This document shows, one piece after another, positions 34,438 through 43,919 of a stretch of DNA of 64,000 nucleotides. Positions within the stretch are counted from its first letter, which is position 1. Each line of letters starts with the position of its first letter. This stretch comes from Flectonema sp. DT1601 (lineage: Eukaryota): positions 372,001 to 436,000 of the forward strand of contig OZ025802.1 of NCBI GenBank assembly GCA_964019425.1, read 5' to 3'. The notes under the pieces are model-generated. The model was not told the DNA's origin. It worked only from the letters and a program-made list of their open reading frames with translations, and did no database searches. The position numbers and the translations under genes were made by a program.

Positions 34438-36803
34438 AGAACTGGGACGAAAGGTGTTCCGCAAGGGTCGATTGTTGGGCCTCTCCTTTATCTGATATAT
34501 GTCGACGACCTGGCTAAGACACTTGAGAAGACGGGATGTGTTTCAGCACTCTACGCTGACGACACAGCTTGTGTGGTATCGAATAAGGATTTTAAAGTAA
34601 CTTACCGGATGGCGCAATTGGTCCTTGGGTTAGTAGATTGTTGGTGCAAAGATAATGACATGGCACTGTCGGTTTCGAAGACCTGCGGGATGCCGGTGGA
34701 CTGTCCTAGGAATATGTATTGGAGGCTGGGATTCCCCAGAACGTCAGGAGAGAACTTCTTTCGGATCAGTAGGGAGGAACTGGCTGGGATGATTCGGTCA
34801 AATGAAGAAGGTAGGCCATTACTTGGAAATGGGGCGATGATCCTCAAGCTGGGTGATACTGAGGTTACGAAGGCAAGTGAACTTCTTGAACTGATGCCAG
34901 TGGGACCGGATCCGACCTGGGTGAAGTTGCTGACTGCCGTACTCATGCCGATAGTGGATAGTGTTAAGTACTTGGGTGTCCATATTGACGATGACCTTAC
35001 ATATGGTACACAAGTGGATAAACTACTGGATGAGACGAGGAAGGGACTTGTTCTGCTTCGAAAGTTGGAGCTATTCAACTTTGATTTCAAAACGCTGAAC
35101 ATGATCAAGAACTTATACATCCTCTCAAGGATTCTGTATGGGCTTGAAAGCTATGAACCTTTCCTGACAGATGAACAACTTAAACCTATTGACCTGAATC
35201 TGAGGAAGATAGCTAGAAAGATCACCGGCTGCGGCTTCAACACAAGGTCCCTTCCGTTACTGTGGGAGGCGAACATACTCCCGATGAGACTGCAGATTGA
35301 GAAGCAAGCCAGGATTGCTTTATTCAGGTATCGGTCACTGGATTGGGTTCCTTCTACGAAGGGAATCGCTAGTGGAACTTGGAGTTCAACTTTACCGGCC
35401 GAGGACTGTAATATGGAGATCCAAGGGATTGTCATGCCTGACAGCATCGAGCCATGGATAGATGTTCCGAACCTGGAGATATCTTGCGGATATGGACATT
35501 CGAAGACCGGTGTTGCTGAAGTGGACAAGGCTAAGTTCGAGGAGTACTGCAGCGAACTTAGGCCTTGTACCTCGTCCATTTTTGTTGACGGATCCCACGA
35601 CCCTGTCAACTACACGGCAGGCGCAGCGGCAGTGCAGATCACGCCGTGTGAACGGACCATGGCATCGAGACTTGTTGCAACGGAAAGTAGTTATAAAGCT
35701 GAACAGGTAACTCTGAAGCTGTTAATAAGTGAATTTGGAAAAGCAACCTCTGTCTTGGGTCCCAGATCCGGAATCACGAGAGTCTTCAGTGATTCTAAAT
35801 CCAATCTGGATGAGCTGCGTGGTGGAATTGCGGCTCAGAGGAAGCTGAACTCTCTCTCAATACTAGAAGGGATAAGAAAATTAAACTCATTCGTTCACCT
35901 TCAATTCATCCCAGCTCACGTGGGAATTGAACCGCATGACAAGGCAGATGAACTGGTGAAAAAGATCTCAAAAGATGTTAAGAGCAAGCCGGTGTCAACG
36001 ACTATGGACTTCTTCGCACATAAGTCAAGGATAGTGAGGGAAGCTAACAGAAAGCTGTTTGGTAAGATTATGGAGGGTTCAACAAGGGCGAAACCACCGA
36101 TCAAACGGGTGATGCTTAGGCAATATCTTGATGCTACCGGAGGCCTGAGAGCGGCTCGATACCCCAAGGACATGCTGAGAGAATCAGAGATAAGGATAGC
36201 CAGGTTCAGAACGGGCTCTCACCCCCTGCTCAGGGTAAATGAACTACCGATAAAGTGCCCCTTCTGCAAAAGAACAGACTCTTCTGCCCGACATCTAATA
36301 TTTGATTGCGAGGATGGTGACGTGGTCCGCATTAGAGAAGGAACAATTAGATCAAACATTCAGGAAGCGAGAATCTCCGAGACCAAACTAAATCTTTCAA
36401 TAATGTTTGCGACGAGAAATCTTCACGCCCTAGCCGGATACTTATGGCATTTGGAACAACGAACAGGCTTATCAAACTGTTAACTGATTGGTAGTTGCTA
36501 ATTCATTAGTATCATTCTCCCTTATCACACTCCTTAATCATCTCCTAATTTCTCTGAGGACATCCGCAGAGCTTCATGGCTCGTAGGTAACCCAGTGGTC
36601 TTTGGCCACCGTCCCTGTACTGATCCTTCGCTTTATATTAACTGTGTCTTGAGATTCCTATCCGGGGAAGTCCTCCAACGGACTCAGGACAGTTGCGCTT
36701 GTTTTTACTTGTTTACTTTATCAATAAATAAGAAGGGCAAGAATGCTCAGAATGAAGAAAAATAAAGTGGAAAGACAGGGGGGATGTGACTAAATAAATA
36801 AAA
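34438..36803 (+). mobile_element. 5'-truncated Ingi/I-group non-LTR retrotransposon (RT C-half, RNase H, CCHC; ORF remnant 34441-36483; structured 3'UTR, A-rich tail)
   Basis: GVPQGSIVGP, YADD, VKYLG; RNase H FVDGS/YKAE/FSDS/FIPAH/KADEL; CPFC...HLIFDC; ends GATGTGAC + (TAAA)n. Confidence 0.9.
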
Positions 36804-36809
36804 CTTTTT

Positions 36810-37489
36810 CCCACTGGGGGTTGCAAGGCTGCTCGTTACCCCCCCAACATGCTGAGGTCATCAGAAATTAGAATAGCTAGATTCAAGACTGGATCTCATC
36901 ACTTACTTAGAATTAAAGAAGTTCCTCGGATGTGTCTCTTTTGTCAAAGAACGGAGTCTTCACCACGTCATCTGATACTGGAATGCACTGCTGCGGCGCT
37001 GATGTACATTCGAAAAGGAACTATTGGTGAAATTATTGAGGAAGCAAGAATCTCGAAGACTGCCTTGAGTCTTCCGTTCATGTTTGCTACACGTAACTTG
37101 CATGCCCTTGCCGGATTCATATGGAACATGGAGCAATGGGTTCAAACCTGACAGCACTCAGCTGTAGTTAAACAAGTCAATACTATTATCTTTTAGTATA
37201 CATCTTCTCCATTCTTTCTCCTTATCTCCTAGTTCTATGAGGACAACCGTAGGGCCCTTTCGGCTCGCAGGTGACCCAGTGGTCTTTGGCCACCGTCTTT
37301 ACGTTGATCTCTCGCTTTGCAAGCACAGTGTCAGGAGCTGCCGATCCGTGGAGGTCCTCTAACGGACTCCTGACAGTTGCACGCGTATCTTTGTCTTGTT
37401 AAAAAATAAGAAGAACGTTGGTGCTCAGAATATAAAAAAAGCAAAATGAAAGAGAGACAAGAAAGATGTGACAAAAAAAAAGAAAAAAG
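36810..37489 (+). mobile_element. 5'-truncated relative of the same LINE family (C-terminal CCHC region + 3'UTR)
   Basis: AARYPPNMLRSSEIRIARFKTGSH...CLFC...HLILEC is homologous to the end of the preceding ORF; homologous 3'UTR ending GATGTGAC-poly(A). Confidence 0.85.
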
Positions 37490-37543
37490 CTTTAATAATA
37501 ATAATAATTTTTTATTTATTTATTTATTATAAATAAAAAATAA

Positions 37544-39768
37544 CTGGAAGTACGTTCGTTAGATATTGACTATTTTGATCTAGACAGCGTGATCAACACG
37601 ACGACGACAAGGCCCACTTTACTGAGTGGTGAAACGATCCTCGAAGTAGAGGGGAAACCCATCAGGACTCAACAAGAATTAGAAGATTTACTGATGTTGA
37701 ACATCCACGACGAGATGAATGTCAAAGCGAAAATTAAAATTGCCTTCCTACTGCCGATCACGGACTCAGTGAAATATCTGGGTGTTTACATTGATAACAG
37801 GCTCAGGTTTGATAAACAGTTGGAGAAAATACACGACGAACTGAAGAAAGGGATCTCCCTTCTGCAGTGCCTCCAGCCATATGAATTGGACTACAAGACC
37901 CTAAAGATGGTTAAAAACTTGTACGTGACAGCGAGGATTTCCTATGCACTGGACAGCTTTGGTTGGTTGCTCAACCAGCATAAAACGGACGCTATCGACT
38001 TCGAGATGAGAAAAATAGCGAGACTCGTAACAGGATGCAGCAGATGTACTCCTAGGGAGTTGCTCCTTTGGGAAGCCGACATCTTACCGTTTAAAAGACA
38101 AATCGAAAAGCAGACTAAAATTGCCTATTTCAGGTACAAAGCCATGACCTGGGTGCCGGACACCAACTCACTCGCATCGCCTCGAAGCTTCTGGGGTGGC
38201 CTCATTCCCCGTTCTGAAGGTCAACTAGAAAGTGTGGGGATCGTTCAACCTGACTCTATCAAACCTTGGATTGCTTCGGACAATGTTCAAATCAGCAACA
38301 GCTGCGGTTTTACAAAATCCCCTGATCCCGCAGTGGACAGGGAGAAATTCCTTACCTACAACGCGACACTTCCTCCGGTGGACATGGTGATCAACTGTGA
38401 CGGTTCATACTCTTCGAATGCGTCAGGCGCGGCTCTCATTGCTAAGTCACGAGACGGAAAGAAACGTGCTCATGCGACCAGATTAGTGCGTGCGGATTGC
38501 AGCTACAGAACAGAGCAACATGCCTTGAAAAATGCGGCAAACTACTTAAACTGGAAGGTACAGAAAGACGGGTTAACTAAGTCAGTCAGAATCTATACCG
38601 ACTCAAAATCATTGTTGGACGAGTTGAAGGGTGGCAGGTGTAAACAGAGAAACACCAGATCCCTCGGCATCCTCGAGAACCTACGGAACTGCGGTATGAA
38701 AGTACATCTTCAATTCATCCCTTCTCACATGGGGATAGAAGCACACGACGAAGTTGATGAACTTGCTAAGAAATCGGCTCACAACAGATACCTCCCTCAA
38801 ATCCCAATCCGAGGATCCTTCTTCTATCACAAATCCCGAGTGAGGAGGGGGATCACGAAGGACATTTGGAACAGAATTGGCTACACTTGCTATAAAAACA
38901 CCGTCAAAGGTGCCGCGATAAAATATCCTCCCGACATGAAAAGGAGCGATGAAATCAGAATTGCGAATTTCAGAACGGGGTGTCATCCACTGATGCAAAA
39001 CTGGCGGAAAGCCATCAAATGTCCATTCTGCCATAGCGCTCCATCCAACCAACTCCACCTACTCGTAGGCTGTCCATCACAGAAACTCGATGCAGCCAGA
39101 TATGAAATCCTTGGCTTTTCTACATTGACAGGCAAATGGGACCGATCAAGTGATCTAATCCTCATCAACGGCATTCCTGCCAGTCTTGGCTCAATCTTTG
39201 CCACCAGCTGGCTTCCTTCAGTAGCGATGTTGATCAGGTGGATGGAACAAGCATCCAACCTGAGACTTTGGAATTGTGTAGGTGACACGTAGTCGCCATT
39301 TAAGTGTTTTATCAATATTTAGTATTTTCATCATTATCAATCATCTCCTGGTTGGGTAACTGCACATCACCTTCGGTGTTGTCTCGGTGTCCCTTCCAAT
39401 ACTCCTTTCTCCTTCTTCTCCTATTCTCCTTATAAATTTCTCTTGAGGGCAGGCCTTCGGGCTGTTCAAGTGGTCTTTGACCACCGCTCTAGTTATATGC
39501 TCGACTCTTTGTTTTCCTTATCGATGGTAGGAATGGTAACCGAATTAGCTTCATGTGTCCAATTTCAAGGACGCGTGACCATTTATTTTCTTCCGTTGCC
39601 GCTCTTCTTACGTCCTCAGGCGGAGCCTACCTACGTTTCCCGTGTTTTCCAATTTGTCAGACTTAAATCAAAAGAAAGTATAAAAGAAAGACAAAACAAA
39701 GAAGTGAAAAGAACAAAAACAAAGAGTCTGGAAGCACAGACGAGTGTAACCAAAAAAACTTTTCTTTT
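37544..39768 (+). mobile_element. 5'-truncated divergent LINE of the same family (RT thumb, RNase H, CCHC; ORF remnant 37544-39292)
   Basis: VKYLG, NCDGS, YRTE, YTDS, FIPSH, EVDEL, RTGCH, CPFC..HLLVGC; 3'UTR ends GTGTAACC-oligo(A). Confidence 0.9.
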
Positions 39769-39770
39769 TT

Positions 39771-41940
39771 GCGGGGATGAATAGAGCATACTTGCTGGAG
39801 AGCGGAGGTGGTGCGATGCTGAAACAATGGAGTTTCAACCGCTTGGAGGGAGCGGGGGACCCAGCGATGCTCGTCCTCATGAGGGCAGTGCGTGATATCT
39901 TGTCGAGCTGTGGAGTCCTCGGCAAGCTGGGCGACGTCCAGGCGTACGGGCCTTTGGGGGGCTGGGAAGAGGGGGAATGGACACAGGTGAGGGGCATGGT
40001 CCAGAAGGCGAGTGGGGCGGGGATCTCCCTGAAGATCGCCGATCTACCGAGAGAGGTGAGGCATAGCGCGTACGAGTGGTGCTACGGAGTCCCCGAAGGA
40101 ATCCCAGAGAGGAAGCCAATGGTGTCTTTCCCCATGGTAGAGATGATCCCACGACCCGCGTTAGGCGACCGGCGAGGCCGGGTAGCGGAGGCGGTAAGGA
40201 CACGCCCACTGGCGATAACACAGGGGCCGACCAAGCGGAGATTGGGAGGACGCTCGCCATCAGACCTGAAGAAGACAAAGTCGAGTGACCCGCGGAGGGA
40301 CTCGATGGACGGCCCAGCTGGAGCTCCTTCATCGCACATTGCATCAGATGGGCCACCCCTAGCGGAGGCCAAGGAAACCAGGCAACAAGGGTCGGACAAT
40401 GCCCAACAGCAAAACAGACTGCAGGAGGACCCCAAGCCGGGTAGCGGACGTGTGACACCGGACTGCGAACATCGCACAGGGCCCGAACAGGCAGAGACAC
40501 CAACAGGGGCTGACTCGCAACCGGGACGGGACAAACCGCCGACGGAGTCGAACGCGGAGGAGACAGCGTCGGCCGGTGGGATCGAGCAACAAGAATCAGA
40601 GAGCACACAACAGGAAATCAAAGTGCACGAAGATTCGAAGCAAGAGACCGTGACCCGACTCGCTGACGGAGAGGCGATACCTGTGCTGCCTGACTATGAG
40701 CTCCTGCAGGCAGAATTTGAGAAGGGAACAGCGACGGCGGAGGCACGTGCTGAGAGGGGGCGGCAGGAGGAGGAGGTTAATGTAGTAAAGAAGCCAGCCG
40801 AAGGAACCGAGCCACAAGAGTCAGAAAGCGCCCAACAGGAAAACAATCTGCTGGAAGACTCGAAGCTTGCAACCAAGACTGGGAGCGATGATGCAACACC
40901 GGTGCTGCTGGAGGAAGGGAGTTCCCCTCGAACCGTGTTGGATGAACAGACGGCGAAGGATCACGCAGGGGACGGCATGCGGCTGCAGCGAGCTGTGTCG
41001 TCGGAGACATCAGACTCCGAAATGACATGCATGGACACAGATGTGACGAATTCGGGCGATGATGACACCTCAACATGCTCGGCACCGTCGGAAGATCCAC
41101 CTGAGCTGGGAAAGTGTCTGTGTGGAGACAGATGGCTCCCGAGGAACTTTAGGAGGAGACCCTTGGCTAGTAATGGGTGGTGCAACAGATGCCGCAGGAA
41201 GAGACTGAAGGGTACGTTGATGGTAAACTGTAGCAAATGCGACTTCGACCAATGCTGTGATCTGGCCGCGCTGAAAGCCAAACTCGCCAAGGAGGCGAAA
41301 AAGACGAAGACGAAGAGAAGGAGAGCCCATGACAAGGCGCGGAAGGGACCGGCTGGAGCTGACCGGGACCTTCTGTATCTGAGTAGTACAGACGCGTCGT
41401 CGTCGGGTTCGAAGACATTAGGGAACTTTGCGAGAGAGCTGGTGAGACGGCGGAGTAATAGAGGTAGGCTGCGGAAGCAAGTGTTTGGAAACAAGAGGAG
41501 AGTAGGAACAGGGAGCCTAACACGGTCATGCTCAGGTAACGAAGAAGACGACGACTAGGAAGAAGGAACATGTGAAAAAAAGTGAAAGGGAAAAAAAAAA
41601 AAAAAAAAAAAAAAAAAGGGTGAGCAAAAGAAAAGAACCAATGCGTGCCCAGGGAACACTGCGAACGAGCTTACTATACTACTCAGGGGTTAAAAAGAAA
41701 TGGGGAAAAAAAAAAAAAAAAAAAAAAAAAAGCAAAACAAAACGTGACCTTGTGAGCCATCATGAGTTATAATTTACTTATCTTTTCTTCGCCATGGCGA
41801 CGGGTAATCGTGGGACCTGTAAAACCAGCTTAAGACTGTTGATGTGGTTTATATTTTTAGCACGCATTCATACATCATAAGGATCGCTGGTTCCGAGGGT
41901 TTGCTCTCCCACTTACCTGCCTCTCTATCCCTCAAAAAAA
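39771..41940 (+). mobile_element. 3' fragment of a divergent relative of the CRE-like element (ORF remnant 39777-41558, 3'UTR, oligo(A))
   Basis: First ~105 aa align by eye with the second RNase H-like fold of the 2840-aa ORF (MLKQWSF~VLGTWSA, SSCGVL~KACGGL, GPLGGW~GSTTHW, IADLPREVRHSA~LVEMPERMRTHA). Same G/A-rich composition, acidic tail and a Cys-rich finger; ends in oligo(A) at the SL. Confidence 0.7.
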
Positions 41941-41979
41941 AACCAACGATTCTAAAGCTACAGTTTCTGTACTTTATTG
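41941..41979 (+). other. Spliced-leader (mini-exon) sequence, diplonemid type, retroposed copy 1
   Basis: AACCAACGATTCTAAAGCTACAGTTTCTGTACTTTATTG, 39 nt, with the euglenozoan CAGTTTCTGTACTTTATTG 3' part; followed by TTTTTTCCC rather than a GT SL intron. Confidence 0.93.
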
Positions 41980-42631
41980 TTTTTTCCCTCCCTCGCCCCA
42001 TCCCCGTCAGCGAGTAGGAAAGCGCAGCTAGGAATTTTTCCACGCAAGCGGATCCCACAACCCGACCACCCTTCCCCACGCTCACCCCATCCACCCTCCC
42101 CCACCCCAACAAAAGAAGAAATCGGCGGCAGCCACGTGACACACTCGTGTTCGTGTAGCGAAGCGTTTCGGCGACTTCGAAGACGACGACGACGACGACG
42201 TAGAAGAGACGGTGTATGTGACTGACCTTCTTCTTCCTTATTTATTTGTTTACTTTTGTTAATTACTTCCTCTTAATTTCATTCCTCTCTTAGATTGTTG
42301 TTTATTTGCTTATTTATTTGTTTGTTTATCTGTCTGTTTATCTGTCTGTATATTCTGTTACTATCTGTTATTTTGTTACATTTATTTATCTGTCTACATT
42401 AGAGTACATTTTTGTTATTGTTAAATTTAAACATCTTCTTCACAGTTTTTTCCCTCCCTCGCCCCATCCCCGTCAGCGAGTAGGAAAGCGCAGCTAGGAA
42501 TTTTTCCACGCAAGCGGATCCCACAACCCGACCACCCTTCCCCACGCTCACCCCATCCACCCTCCCCCACCCCAACAAAAGAAGAAATCGGCGGCAGCCA
42601 CGTGACACACTCGTGTTCGTGTAGCGAAGCG
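41980..42631 (+). repeat. 186-bp direct repeat X (41980-42165 and 42446-42631) separated by a T-rich spacer ending CTTCACAG
   Basis: The two copies read as identical; the first follows the SL, the second follows an AG acceptor. Confidence 0.92.
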
Positions 42632-42693
42632 CTTAGCGCTTTAAAGTCTTTTAAGTCTTTTAAGTCGCCCCCGTCGCCCCCCGACCCCCACAG

Positions 42694-42747
42694 GGTATTG
42701 AACCCAGGTGGACCAGAAGACAGACGGTGACAAAAACCACTGCGCCA
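42694..42747 (-). promoter_or_regulatory. Antisense Pol III A box (TGGCGCAGTGG, 42737-42747) and B box (GGTTCAATACC, 42694-42704)
   Basis: Both fit the tRNA-type consensus with tRNA-like spacing (32 nt between boxes); present in both element copies. Confidence 0.6.
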
Positions 42748-42881
42748 AAGTATATTGTTGAAAAAAAAAATTTTTTTTTTTTTATTGTTTATTATATATA
42801 TTAATTAGGTCATATTTATTTAGAAGAATTTGGTATTACTTGTCGTTGTTTATTTAGAAAATACTAAGGAAGAAAGAGGAG

Positions 42882-42914
<33 letters not shown>

Positions 42915-42997
42915 AATTAGATTTTGCATAGGCATACTTGCAGAGGAGGAGATAAACGCGGGTCCTTCAGTGAGCTCTAGTACATCGGCGGGGTAGG

Positions 42998-43031
<34 letters not shown>

Positions 43032-43278
43032 CATCTATCTTCGGTCTACGAACGCTTTGAGTCGGCCAGCAGTCACAAACGGACATTGAAGGCGCGGATA
43101 ATTGTTGTTGCTGTGGAAACCTTGCTCTGCTGAAGAGGGAGTTGAAATTTTCCCCACCTGCATTCTGATTCGAGTTGTCTTCGAGAGTACTTTGCTTTTG
43201 TCAAAAGTTAATTATTCCTCCAGCTCATACGTCCTTCTCATCTTTTCTGGAGACTGGACCGCTGGTGAACGCGCAAAC

Positions 43279-43552
43279 AGAACAAATATTTTCTTTTGTT
43301 CTTCGTTAAGACTACACTGAGACACGGTCTTCCGCAAAACATCGCACGAACAGAACATATCTTTTCTTGTTCTCGTTTAAACACCGCTTAAGACAGCGAA
43401 AAGAACAAATCCTTTTTTTTTGTTCTTGTTTAAACTCTGCTTTGATACACGGTCTTCCGCTAGTCAGCGCGCGAGAAGAACATATCTTTTCTTGTTCTCG
43501 TTTAAACTTTGCTTTTAAGACCTGCAAACAGAGCATATCCTTTTTTTGTTCT
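43279..43552 (+). repeat. Five imperfect hairpin repeats AGARCA-N(11-15)-TGTTCT in the element 5' region
   Basis: Units start near 43279, 43352, 43402, 43477 and 43530, most followed by GTT(T)AAAC; also present at ~55243-55517. Confidence 0.7.
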
Positions 43553-43870
43553 TGTTAAAACTCTCTTTTAAGACAAAACTTTACGAATCAGCCTGCGGGA
43601 GAGGAGAAGGAAGAACTCTCTCACTAGCTTTGTTTGGTGCCTGTGGTGGTGACTACCATTCTGCGTCGGAACTGTACGGGGGTGACCGCATAGACAGAAG
43701 AGTTCGGAAAGCGGAGGATACGCGAGCCGGAAAAAAAAAAAAAAAAAAAAAAAAAACCTACTCCACACACACGTACAGGGCTAACAAGGAGAAGAGCAGG
43801 TAAGTCGATTGTCTTTTTTCGGGTTCCATACACAAATCATCCACAGCGAAGGGAACGGAAAAGGAAGAGT

Positions 43871-43916
<46 letters not shown>

Positions 43917-43919
43917 AGA

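Noticed and set aside
41941..42100. Bona fide SL RNA gene
   Set aside because: The exon is followed by TTTTTTCCC, not a GT donor and SL intron, and the junction matches a spliced product; same at 53184.
42680..42760. Functional tRNA gene
   Set aside because: A/B boxes only; no acceptor or anticodon stems could be formed, and a T5 run follows the A box.
43279..43552. CRISPR array
   Set aside because: Repeats are degenerate with irregular, partly repeated spacers; eukaryotic retroelement context with no cas genes.
43809..43919. Poly-Lys N-terminal extension of the big ORF
   Set aside because: Non-ATG start across a poly(A) run whose length differs in copy B; the first ATG is at 43920.
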